Shown here: piece after piece, positions 1-8,992 of the stretch | How the letters are laid out: each line of letters begins with the position of its first letter | How positions within the stretch are numbered: the stretch's first letter is position 1 | Source: Candidatus Magasanikiibacteriota bacterium | GTDB lineage: Bacteria; Patescibacteriota; Patescibacteriia; Magasanikbacterales; UBA922 | DNA: 57,522 bases | Direction of reading: 5' to 3' | NCBI GenBank assembly: GCA_003510435.1 | Contig: DOMK01000020.1 | Span: 1 to 57,522, forward strand | Translations under genes and position numbers: made by a program | Notes under the pieces: generated by a model | What the model was told of the DNA's origin: nothing | What the model saw: only the letters and a program-made list of their open reading frames with translations | Database searches by the model: none

Positions 1-468
1 ACGATTGCTGTCACTACCACTGACTCTAATGGACTATACACCTTTAACAATGTCACCAGTAGTCAAGACTACTATATAAAGATATCTACCTCTACCCTTC
101 CTTCTACTAGTACGCGCGGTGTCTCTAGTATGGACCAAACTAAGATTGGTAGACATCTCGTTGGCTTAGAAACATTTAGCTCTGTCTACAAAAAGATCGC
201 CGCCGATGTCAATTGGTCGGGTGGAATCAGTAGTATGGACCAAACTAAGATTGGTAGATTTATCGTTGGTATAGAAACCTCACCTATCTCTGGAGTCTGG
301 CAATTCTATTCTTCAGACACCACACCCACTACCACGGTCAGTGATTCTAATTATTACCGTACCGTCTCTACCGCTAGATTCCTTAATAATCCATCCACTA
401 ACCAATCTAATCAAGACTTCACCGCTATTAAGATGGGTGATGTGAATGGGAGTTGGACGAATCCTTAG
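1..468 (+). CDS. 3' end of a secreted/surface protein with a C-terminal dockerin type I-like domain (5'-truncated by the window)
   Basis: Frame is open from base 1 (TIAVTTTDSNGLYTFNNV...). Duplicated SSMDQTKIGR motif around AADVNWSGGIS and terminal FTAIKMGDVNGS resemble dockerin-like domains. A 28-nt perfect repeat lies at 126-153 and 231-258. Confidence 0.7.
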   Translation, partial: TIAVTTTDSNGLYTFNNVTSSQDYYIKISTSTLPSTSTRGVSSMDQTKIGRHLVGLETFSSVYKKIAADVNWSGGISSMDQTKIGRFIVGIETSPISGVWQFYSSDTTPTTTVSDSNYYRTVSTARFLNNPSTNQSNQDFTAIKMGDVNGSWTNP

Positions 469-492
469 GGAAGTGAATTGTGAATCAAGTAT

Positions 493-522
493 AAGACAGC
501 TCTGTAAAAGGGGCTGTTTTTT
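493..522 (+). terminator. Rho-independent terminator
   Basis: ACAGCTC/GGGCTGT stem followed by a T-run, just after the stop at 468. Confidence 0.7.
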
Positions 523-523
523 A

Positions 524-552
524 TTGACAAATGATTATAAAAATAGTAAGCT
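524..552 (+). promoter_or_regulatory. Putative sigma70 promoter of the ileS leader
   Basis: TTGACA(524-529)-17 nt-TAAGCT(547-552), directly upstream of the T-box. Confidence 0.5.
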
Positions 553-565
553 ATATTTACAATTA

Positions 566-771
566 TAAAAGCGTTATTACCTTGGCAATCACCAAGGGAT
601 GCCCGCCTTCTCCGTCAGCTGACGGATTTGGCAGGGCAAGCTGAAAGAAGAAAATTCTTTTAAGAGGATTGTAGAACTTTCCGGGTAAGCCCGTAATAGC
701 TGTCAATGAAGCACCAAAGCAGGGTGGTACCGTCTCGTAAGAGGCCCCCGCAAAATAAGTGGTGTTTTTTT
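566..771 (+). promoter_or_regulatory. Ile T-box riboswitch, ultrashort stem I type
   Basis: Stem I CCTTGG-CAATCA-CCAAGG with ATC specifier at 588-590; stem II GAAAG/CTTTC with AAGAA/GTAGAA S-turn; IIA/B CGGG-TAAG-CCCG-TAATAGC; antiterminator AGGG-TGGTACC-GTCTC-GTAA-GAGGC-CCCC (721-749); T-run at 765-771; upstream of ileS. Confidence 0.85.
601..637. repeat. Palindromic element inside the T-box
   Basis: Perfect 16-nt palindrome TCCGTCAGCTGACGGA (611-626); 603-634 matches the reverse complement of 32561-32592 at 29/32 nt. Confidence 0.85.
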
Positions 772-1037
772 ATTTAAAATTCTAATTTGTAAGATTAATG
801 AGCGTTGTATATAGTTTAATCAGTGGTAATAATATTTGTTAAAATCTGTTACAATCTGCTTAATCTGCTGTTTGGTGTAATTTAATAGCAGATTTGAACG
901 AATTAAAACAAATTTCAACGGATGGATGATAAAAATTGTTTTTTATTTTTTACCAAATAAAAGTATAAACAACGTTGATAATTCTAACATCTAAATTAAA
1001 CTTTATAACTTATTCCTTAATCCTTATTCCTTTGTAT

Positions 1038-4000
1038 ATGTACAATGCTAACCAAGAAGAACAAAAAGTTCTAAAATATTGGGAAGATAATAAGACTTTT
1101 GAAAAATCTGTTTCAGAAAGACCTGAGAGTAATCCCTATGTATTTTATGATGGACCGCCTTTTGCGACTGGTCTGCCTCATTATGGTCATATTTTAAGTT
1201 CGGTTATAAAAGATGTGGTTCCAAGATATATGACAATGAAAGGCTATCGCGTCCGTCGCCGTTGGGGTTGGGATTGTCATGGTTTACCAATTGAAAACAT
1301 TGTAGAAAAAGAATTAAAAGTCTCAGGCAAAAAAGATGTAGAAGAAAAATTAGGCGTGGATAAATTTAATGAGACTTGCCGATCAAAAGTTTTGACTTAT
1401 ACTCAAGATTGGAAAAAAATGATTAACCGAATTGGTCGCTGGGTAGAGTTTGATAATGCCTACAAAACCATGGACTCAACTTATATGGAGTCTGTTTGGT
1501 GGTCTCTAAAAACTATTTGGGAAAAGGGTTTGATTTATGAAGGCCGAAAAGTTCTCATGTATTGTCCACGTTGTGAAACTCCAGTTTCTAAGGCAGAAAT
1601 TGCGATGGATGATAGTTATAAAGATATTACAGAGGAAACGGTTGTGGTGAAATTTAAACTTAAGGAACAAGGAACAAGGAATAAGGAACAATTAAAAAAT
1701 GTGAATGGACCGGTGTATATTTTAGCTTGGACAACTACACCTTGGACTTTGCCGGGGAATGTGGCTTTGGCAGTTGGCAATGATATTGATTATCAAATTT
1801 TAGAGTTTGCAGATGACTATGATTTTTTGAATTCTAAAAAAGGAGATAAAATAATTATTGCAAAACATGACCATATTGAGAGTGAACTTTTTGGTAATGG
1901 TAGAATTCATATAAAAAAGACGGATTCTACATATAGAAACGCAAATTATTTTGTAAATTACAAAAAAAATAATATAGAGAAAGAGGTATTGTTTAGTAGC
2001 AAAGTATTAGTAAGTAGCGCAGACTTAGTAGGTTTAGAATACGAACCCTTGTTCGATATCCCAGCGATTCACGAAACAGGCAAAAAAGCTTGGTATGTGA
2101 CTGACGCTGATTTTGTTACGACCGAAGAAGGTACTGGTGTGGTACATACCGCGGTAGTATATGGTGAGGATGATTATAATCTTGGCTTGCAAAGAGATTT
2201 ACCAGTCGTGCCACTCTTGGATGATAAAGGGCATTTTAATGATAAAGCGCCAGAATTTATAAAAGGTAAATATTTTAAAGGCGCAGAAAAGGAAATTAAA
2301 GCTGATTTGGAAAGTCGGGGTCTTCTTTTTAGTCGAGAACAACACACCCACTCCTATCCACATTGTTGGCGGTGTGACACTCAGCTTTTTTATAATGCTA
2401 TTTCCGCTTGGTTTATTGATATTCAAAAAATAAAAGACAAACTAATTAAATTGAATGAAAAAATTAATTGGTATCCTGATCATTTAAAGCACGGACGCTT
2501 TTTAAATATTTTGGAAACTGCGCCAGATTGGAATATTTCTCGCAACCGGTTTTGGGCGACACCACTACCATTCTGGCGTTGTGAAGGAGTAAGGAGTAAG
2601 GAAAAAGGAGTAAGTTGTGATAATGTGGTGTGTGTGGGTAGCGTGGCAGAGCTGAAAGATAAAGCCGTAAATTTTGATGAAGTTTATAAGACAGACAAGG
2701 TAGAAGAGATAGACTTACACAAACATTTGGCTGATAAAATTAAATTAAAATGTGAAAAGTGTGGAGGAATAATGTCAAGAATTCCTGAAGTAATTGATTG
2801 TTGGGTAGAGTCAGCTAGTATGCCGTTTGTCGAGTGGCATTATCCATTTGAAAATCAGGAAACTTTTAAAAAACGTTTCCCTGGACAATACATTGCTGAG
2901 TATATTGCGCAAACTCGAGCGTGGTTTTATTACATGCATGTCATGGCGGTGCTTTTGTTTGATGATGTGAGTTTTGAAAATGTTGTTTGTACAGGAACAA
3001 TTCTAAATGACAAGGGTGAAAAACTTTCCAAATCAAAAATGAATTATACTGACCCTTGGAAAATCATTGATGAATTTGGGGTAGATGCTTTGCGTTATTA
3101 TCTTATGACTTCAGTCGTGATGCAAGCGGAAAATTTGTATTTTAATGATCGGGAAGTGCGTGATGTTTATAATAAAGTCATGAATATTTTGGATAATGTG
3201 TTGTCGTTTTATGGGATGTTTAACACGGAGAATACGGAAAAAATGGATTACACGGAGTCTACTAATGTGTTGGATAAGTGGATTTTGGCTAAATTAAATG
3301 TTTTGGTAGGTGAAGTGACAGAACATATGGATAAGTATGACACAGTTCGAGCTGGTAGGCCGATTAAAGATTTTATTGATGAACTTTCTACTTGGTATCT
3401 ACAATGTTCACGTGATCGTTTTAAAGATGAAAATGAAACTGATAAACAATTTGCTTTGTCTACTTTGCGTCAAGTTTTAGAAACTTTATCCAAGGTGATG
3501 GCGCCATTTACTCCATTTATTGCCGAGAAAGTTTGGTTTACAGTGACTGGTAGCAAAGAAAGTGTTCATTTACAGGAATGGCCAGAATTTAGTGAAAAGG
3601 CAAAAGTAGAAAGTCAAAAGGTCTTGGATGAAATGGATGTAGTGAGGAAAATAATTGAGTTAATATTATTTGCACGTGCTGAAGCTAAAATAAAGATTAG
3701 GCAGCCTCTGTCTATTGTTGAAACTGAAAATTATACAAATTTAGAACCTAACTCAGAAATGGTCAAGATAATCAGAGAAAAAACAAATGTTAAAGAAGTG
3801 AAGTTTGTTGAAAAATTTTTAGTAAAATCATCTAATGCATGGATAATAAAAGAAAATGGTGAACTAAAAATAGAATTAAATATTGAAATTACACCAGAAT
3901 TAAAAAAGGAAGGTCTACTTCGTGAAGTGGTTCGAACTATCAATCAAATTCGTAAAGAACAGAAAATGACTATAGAAGATAGAGTGGTGGTGGAATACAG

Positions 4001-4145
4001 TACTGACGATGAATTATTAAAAAGCGTGTTTATGGATTTTGTCGATGAATTGAAAAAGTCAGTTTTGGCAACAGAGTTGAAGGTTGGAGAGAGTGGAAAC
4101 GAAGTTGAGATTGATGGTAAAAAAATAAAATTAAAAGTATCTTAA
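1038..4145 (+). CDS. ileS: Isoleucine--tRNA ligase (IleRS2 type)
   Basis: YDGPPFATGLPHYGH (HIGH), GWDCHGLP, WTTTPWT, GTGVVH, DWNISRNRFW, KLSKS (KMSKS). ATG at 1038 is preferred over the track's 975. Confidence 0.97.
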   Translation: MYNANQEEQKVLKYWEDNKTFEKSVSERPESNPYVFYDGPPFATGLPHYGHILSSVIKDVVPRYMTMKGYRVRRRWGWDCHGLPIENIVEKELKVSGKKDVEEKLGVDKFNETCRSKVLTYTQDWKKMINRIGRWVEFDNAYKTMDSTYMESVWWSLKTIWEKGLIYEGRKVLMYCPRCETPVSKAEIAMDDSYKDITEETVVVKFKLKEQGTRNKEQLKNVNGPVYILAWTTTPWTLPGNVALAVGNDIDYQILEFADDYDFLNSKKGDKIIIAKHDHIESELFGNGRIHIKKTDSTYRNANYFVNYKKNNIEKEVLFSSKVLVSSADLVGLEYEPLFDIPAIHETGKKAWYVTDADFVTTEEGTGVVHTAVVYGEDDYNLGLQRDLPVVPLLDDKGHFNDKAPEFIKGKYFKGAEKEIKADLESRGLLFSREQHTHSYPHCWRCDTQLFYNAISAWFIDIQKIKDKLIKLNEKINWYPDHLKHGRFLNILETAPDWNISRNRFWATPLPFWRCEGVRSKEKGVSCDNVVCVGSVAELKDKAVNFDEVYKTDKVEEIDLHKHLADKIKLKCEKCGGIMSRIPEVIDCWVESASMPFVEWHYPFENQETFKKRFPGQYIAEYIAQTRAWFYYMHVMAVLLFDDVSFENVVCTGTILNDKGEKLSKSKMNYTDPWKIIDEFGVDALRYYLMTSVVMQAENLYFNDREVRDVYNKVMNILDNVLSFYGMFNTENTEKMDYTESTNVLDKWILAKLNVLVGEVTEHMDKYDTVRAGRPIKDFIDELSTWYLQCSRDRFKDENETDKQFALSTLRQVLETLSKVMAPFTPFIAEKVWFTVTGSKESVHLQEWPEFSEKAKVESQKVLDEMDVVRKIIELILFARAEAKIKIRQPLSIVETENYTNLEPNSEMVKIIREKTNVKEVKFVEKFLVKSSNAWIIKENGELKIELNIEITPELKKEGLLREVVRTINQIRKEQKMTIEDRVVVEYSTDDELLKSVFMDFVDELKKSVLATELKVGESGNEVEIDGKKIKLKVS

Positions 4146-4204
4146 TTATCCATATTTAATCATGTTATTAACCACGATCGGTTTGTTTCGTGGTTTTTAC
4201 TCTT

Positions 4205-5146
4205 ATGTTAGCTACTAGATTATCACCCTATCTGAAAAAGTTAACTGCCAAACATCCAGCCATTTATAAACAGTTTGTACCGTCAGTTAAAGAAGAAAAT
4301 GATAATAAGATTACACTGGTTGACCCACTAACCGAAGAACATTTTACCCCTGTTCGTGGTTTGGTGCATAAACACGACAATCGGGTTTTGGTTTTACTGA
4401 CTATGAATTGTTCCGCTTATTGTCGGTTTTGCACACGCCGAAGAAAAGTGTCTGATATTGCCCAGGGGGTTATTAGTGAAGCTGATTTGGACAACATGGT
4501 AAAGTATATAAAGAAGCATCCTAAAATTAAAGAATTAATTTTTTCTGGTGGTGATCCCTTGACTGTGCCAGTGATTTTAAAAAAGGCTTTAGAAAAGTTT
4601 ACCAAGTTGTCTCAAATAAAAGTGATACGAGTGGGAACACGTCTAATGGTTTCCGATCCTAGACTGATAAATGAAAAAGTGCTTGATGCTTTGCGAGTGG
4701 TAAAAAAGCAACCATTATATTTAATGGTTCATTTTGAACATCCAGCGGAAATTACACTAGCTACCATTAAAGCTGTAAAAAAATTACAAACTGTTTCTAC
4801 TATGCTTTTGTGTCAGTCAGTTTTTTTAAAAGGGGTAAATGATAATGTAGAAATTTTGGAAGAATTATTTTCTCGTCTCATTGAAATTGGTGTGAAGCCC
4901 TATTATTTATCTCGCTGTGATTATGTGCGTGGAGCCGAACACTTTATTGTGCCCATAAAAAAGGAAATAAAAATTTTTACTGAATTACGGATTCGTCTTA
5001 GTGGGATTGCCTGTCTGATGTATATTATTGATGTGCCGGGTGGCATGGGCAAAGTGCCAGTGCCCGCTGATTTTTGGCAATTTGATTGTAAACAGTATAC
5101 GGATTTTACAGGGAAAAAGTTTAAAGTGGTAGAGACCAAGAAATAA
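4205..5146 (+). CDS. KamA/EpmB family radical SAM protein (lysine 2,3-aminomutase-like)
   Basis: CSAYCRFCTRRR, GLVHK..NRVL, SGGDPL, IRVGTR, HFEHPAE, QSVFLKGVND, KPYYL, DVPGGMGKVP. Confidence 0.88.
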   Translation: MLATRLSPYLKKLTAKHPAIYKQFVPSVKEENDNKITLVDPLTEEHFTPVRGLVHKHDNRVLVLLTMNCSAYCRFCTRRRKVSDIAQGVISEADLDNMVKYIKKHPKIKELIFSGGDPLTVPVILKKALEKFTKLSQIKVIRVGTRLMVSDPRLINEKVLDALRVVKKQPLYLMVHFEHPAEITLATIKAVKKLQTVSTMLLCQSVFLKGVNDNVEILEELFSRLIEIGVKPYYLSRCDYVRGAEHFIVPIKKEIKIFTELRIRLSGIACLMYIIDVPGGMGKVPVPADFWQFDCKQYTDFTGKKFKVVETKK

Positions 5147-5278
5147 TATTGACTGGCAAGTTTTATCCCTTAACAAAAGCTGGGGGATTTTAATCTAAAA
5201 TACTTAAAACAGTACAACAGAGCAATACTGTAATAATACTTGTGTGTTGTGTTGTTGTTATGTCAAGTTGTTTTTTGG

Positions 5279-5307
5279 TTGACAATAGCACAAAATTTAG
5301 CTAAAAT
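5279..5307 (+). promoter_or_regulatory. Putative sigma70 promoter
   Basis: TTGACA-17 nt-TAAAAT, 30 nt before the ATG at 5338. Confidence 0.65.
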
Positions 5308-5337
5308 TAACTAGTTAATAATTAATACTATAGAAAT

Positions 5338-6303
5338 ATGTTAACTGTAAAACAAATTTATGAGCTCGGGCTCAAATTGGGTATGGAAGCTGATCCAAGA
5401 GGAAAAAGGGGTGTACAAAAATATTTGGAAGCTACGAAAAAAGAATATGAAAATTTATCTGTTAAAGAGAAATTGTATTTTGATAAAAATAAACTTACCA
5501 ATCCATATGCAGATTCTCATATTCATGTGGATGATGACAAAACTCAAGTCAAACGTGTAATGGCCGGGATTGATATTGGTGGTAGTGAAATTTTATTAGC
5601 TTCTCAGCTTGGTGAACGCAAAAAACCAATTGACTTGGTAATTGCTCACCATCCTGTCGGTCGAGGATTAGCCGGGCTTCATGATGTGATGGATATGCAG
5701 GTAGAGATTTATGAACAAGCTGGTGTACCGATTCATGTGGCGGAGAAATTAATGGATAGTAGAGTAAAAGAAGTTGGTCGTAGTGTACACCCATCCAATC
5801 ATTATCAAGTAGTGCAAATGGCAGAACTTTTAAAAATCAATTTAATTAATACTCACACTTTTACAGATAATTTGGTGGCAGATTTTCTAACCAAGTTAAT
5901 GGCTAAGAGAAAACCAGATACTTTGGGTGATGTATTAGATATTTTGATGGAAATACCAGAGTATCAAGAAGCTAAACGTCAGGGAGCTGGGCCTAATATT
6001 GCAATTGGTAGTCTAAAGAGTAAAGTGGGTAGATATTTATTAGAAATGACCGGCGGAACTGAACCAGGCGATAAAGTTTATACCGAGTTATCTCGTTATG
6101 GTCTTAGTACTATTATTGGTATGCACATGAGAGAACCAAGTCATAAGGCCGCAACCGAGAGTCATATGAACGTAGTTATCGCTGGACATATTTCTTCAGA
6201 TTCTTTGGGAATGAATTTGTTTATGGATGAACTTGAAAAGAAAGGGATTGAAATAGTGCCATGCAGTGGCTTGATACGAGTAAGTCGAAATAAGAAAAAA
6301 TAA
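5338..6303 (+). CDS. NIF3/NGG1-interacting-factor-like metal-binding protein
   Basis: NPYADS, GIDI, IAHHP, HT..DN, MTGGTE, GMH, AGHISSDSLGMN motifs. Confidence 0.75.
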   Translation: MLTVKQIYELGLKLGMEADPRGKRGVQKYLEATKKEYENLSVKEKLYFDKNKLTNPYADSHIHVDDDKTQVKRVMAGIDIGGSEILLASQLGERKKPIDLVIAHHPVGRGLAGLHDVMDMQVEIYEQAGVPIHVAEKLMDSRVKEVGRSVHPSNHYQVVQMAELLKINLINTHTFTDNLVADFLTKLMAKRKPDTLGDVLDILMEIPEYQEAKRQGAGPNIAIGSLKSKVGRYLLEMTGGTEPGDKVYTELSRYGLSTIIGMHMREPSHKAATESHMNVVIAGHISSDSLGMNLFMDELEKKGIEIVPCSGLIRVSRNKKK

Positions 6304-6311
6304 ATATTTTT

Positions 6312-6335
6312 TCCTCCCCCTTAAAAAGGGGAGGA
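6312..6335. repeat. CCTCCCC/GGGGAGG hairpin (terminator or palindromic element)
   Basis: CCTCCCC-CTTAAAAA-GGGGAGG; same stem type as the in-frame element at 42030-42049. Confidence 0.5.
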
Positions 6336-6345
6336 TTTTATTTCT

Positions 6346-7620
6346 ATGTCAAAAAAACAAAAATTAGAACTCCTCGCTCCCGCTGGTAGTCCAGAAAAAA
6401 TGGAATATGCTTTTGCCTATGGAGCCGATGCGGTTTACATGGGTATACCGGATTTTAGTTTGCGCGTTAGAATAAATAAATTTGATTTGGCTGACGTAAA
6501 AACTGCGATTGCCACAGCGCATAAATTAAAAAAGAAAATTTATGTGACCGCCAATATTTATGCTCATAATGAGCATCTAGAAAAATTACCGGTTTACTTA
6601 AAAAAACTAAATCAATGGCGTCCTGATGCTTTGATTATTTCTGATCTTGGGGTAATGATGCTAGCGAAAAAGTATGCGCCAAAAATTAAAATTCATGTTT
6701 CTACTCAAGCCAATGTGACTAACTGGGCGGCAGCCAAGTTTTGGGCAGACTCTGGGGCAAGTAGAATTATTTTAGGTCGGGAAGTGACGCTCAAAGAAAT
6801 AAAAGTTATTCATAAAAAATATCCCAAAATTGAATTGGAACATTTTGTTCATGGGGCTATGTGTATGAGTTATTCTGGTCGGTGTATGTTATCAGCTTGG
6901 TTAACTGGTCGGTCGGCCAATCTAGGTGATTGTGCTCAGCCTTGTCGGTGGCAGTATGGAGTAGAAAGTATCAATGCCGAATTGACTGAACCAAATCGTT
7001 CGGACATGAAAATCCCTGTAGAAGAAGATAAAAATGGTACATATATCTTTAATTCCAAAGATTTGTGTCTGATAGAATATTTAGGAGAATTGATTGATGC
7101 GGGAATTGTAAGTTTTAAAATTGAGGGTCGGGCGAAGAGTGTGGCATATCTTTCTACTATTGTTAAGGCTTATCGTGAAGGGTTAGATCCAATTAATAAT
7201 AAAAGATCAGAAGATCAGAAGATCAAAAAGAAATTAAAAAATTTAAAAAAGAAATATTTGGATAGTTTAATGACCAGAGGTTACACGACTGGATTTTTAT
7301 TTGGGAGAGATAAAGTAGAGCAAAATACTGAATTTAGTCATATCAATGGCGAAGAACAATTTGTCGGTGAAGTAGTAGACTGTGTTAAATTTAATAAAAA
7401 ATATTTAGCCATTGTTAAAGTTCATAATGTTTTGCAAGTTGGTGATAAAGTGAGAATTATGATACCTGGTGAAGAAAAAGATTTGTCAGTAACTATAAAG
7501 AAGATGTATAATAAGGATGATAAGGAAATAGAGAGTGCGCATGGAGGAACGCAGGAGTTGGTAATGGTTTTGGTAAATAAAGAAATTAAAAAGTTTAGTA
7601 TTTTATTTAAGTCAAAATAG
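6346..7620 (+). CDS. Peptidase U32 family protein (TrhP/YegQ-like)
   Basis: ELLAPAGS, GADAVYMG, HVSTQAN, FVHGAMCMSYSGRC, GDCAQPCRW, SKDLC, FKIEGR. Confidence 0.92.
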   Translation: MSKKQKLELLAPAGSPEKMEYAFAYGADAVYMGIPDFSLRVRINKFDLADVKTAIATAHKLKKKIYVTANIYAHNEHLEKLPVYLKKLNQWRPDALIISDLGVMMLAKKYAPKIKIHVSTQANVTNWAAAKFWADSGASRIILGREVTLKEIKVIHKKYPKIELEHFVHGAMCMSYSGRCMLSAWLTGRSANLGDCAQPCRWQYGVESINAELTEPNRSDMKIPVEEDKNGTYIFNSKDLCLIEYLGELIDAGIVSFKIEGRAKSVAYLSTIVKAYREGLDPINNKRSEDQKIKKKLKNLKKKYLDSLMTRGYTTGFLFGRDKVEQNTEFSHINGEEQFVGEVVDCVKFNKKYLAIVKVHNVLQVGDKVRIMIPGEEKDLSVTIKKMYNKDDKEIESAHGGTQELVMVLVNKEIKKFSILFKSK

Positions 7621-7713
7621 AACTCAAATTTCCCAAATGACCCAAATTAACCAAAATTAATTTTCGAAAATTTGTGGTAATTTTGGTGATTTGTGTTCTA
7701 TTCAATATTTAAT

Positions 7714-8967
7714 ATGTCTAAAAATAATTTTATAAAAAAAATTCAAGCTAGAGAAATTCTTGATTCACTTGGTAATCCTACAGTAGAAGCCAAAGTGATT
7801 TTGGATAATGGTATGATAGGTATTGGTAAAGTGCCATCAGGCGTTTCTACTGGTGTACATGAAGCAGTGGAATTGCGTGATGGGGGAAAACGTTATGGGG
7901 GCAAAGGAGTTTTGAAAGCAATAAAAAATATTAACACTACTATTGCCAAAGCTCTGCAAGGTATGAAAATTGATAATTTGTCATTGATTGATCAAAAAAT
8001 GTTAGAGTTGGATGGTACTAAGAATAAAGCTAATTTAGGAGGCAATGCAATTTTGGCCGTATCTTTGGCGTGTGCGCGAGCTGGGGCCATAGCTAATGAT
8101 GTGCCACTTTATAAATATCTCCGTTCTACCTATAAAGTTGCAGAAAAAAAATTTCGTATGCCAATACCAATGGCTATGATAATAGAAGGTGGTAGACATT
8201 CTGACAGTGGTTTATCCATACAAGAATTTATGGTTATTCCACGTCATAGTTTATTACGCGAACGAGTCCGAATGTGTTCTCAGATTTTTCATGCATTAGG
8301 AAATTTATTGAGTCAAAAAGGTTATAGTACTGCTTTTGGAGACGAAGGTGGCTATGCACCTGATTTATTAAATAATGAAAGAGCTTTGCAATTAATTATT
8401 GAAGCAATTAAGCAGGCTGGTTGGATACCAGGGAAGCAAGTCTTTTTGGCTATGGATGTTGCAGCCTCTGAATTTTATCGTCATGGTAGTTATTTTTTTA
8501 TGAACAAAAAACAAGGTTGGCGTCCAGCCAAGTTGATTGAAACTTATCGTGCTTGGCTCAAAAAATATCCTTTGTACTCAATTGAAGATGGTTTGGCTGA
8601 AGATGATTGGGTAAACTGGCGTGAATTAACTAAGGAACTAGGAAAGAAAGCAGTATTAGTAGGTGATGATTTATTTGTGACCAATGTCGAACGTATCCAA
8701 AAAGGTGTAGATGAAAAAATAGCTAACGCAGTCCTAATCAAACCTAATCAAATCGGGACTGTGACAGAGACTATGGCGGCTATAAAATTAGTAAAGCAAA
8801 GTGGCTATCAAACAATTATTTCTCATCGTGGTGGAGAAACGGCTGATACTTTTATCGCGGATTTGGCTGTGGCTGTCAATGCCGAATTTATAAAAACCTC
8901 TATTTCTCGTTCCGAGCGTACAGAGAAGTATAACAGGTTGATGGAGATAGAGAGCGAAGTTATCTAA
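7714..8967 (+). CDS. eno: Enolase (divergent)
   Basis: AREILDS.GNPTVE, PSGVSTG.HEAVELRDG, QEFM, GDEGG, DVAASEF, IEDG, GDDL, KPNQIG, SHR. ATG at 7714 is preferred. Confidence 0.93.
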   Translation: MSKNNFIKKIQAREILDSLGNPTVEAKVILDNGMIGIGKVPSGVSTGVHEAVELRDGGKRYGGKGVLKAIKNINTTIAKALQGMKIDNLSLIDQKMLELDGTKNKANLGGNAILAVSLACARAGAIANDVPLYKYLRSTYKVAEKKFRMPIPMAMIIEGGRHSDSGLSIQEFMVIPRHSLLRERVRMCSQIFHALGNLLSQKGYSTAFGDEGGYAPDLLNNERALQLIIEAIKQAGWIPGKQVFLAMDVAASEFYRHGSYFFMNKKQGWRPAKLIETYRAWLKKYPLYSIEDGLAEDDWVNWRELTKELGKKAVLVGDDLFVTNVERIQKGVDEKIANAVLIKPNQIGTVTETMAAIKLVKQSGYQTIISHRGGETADTFIADLAVAVNAEFIKTSISRSERTEKYNRLMEIESEVI

Positions 8968-8992
8968 ACAAAAGTTTTCGTATTGAGTCAGC

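Noticed and set aside
975-1037. TTG start for ileS at 975
   Set aside because: The extension runs through an inverted micro-repeat and does not resemble IleRS; the ATG at 1038 fits the family N-terminus.
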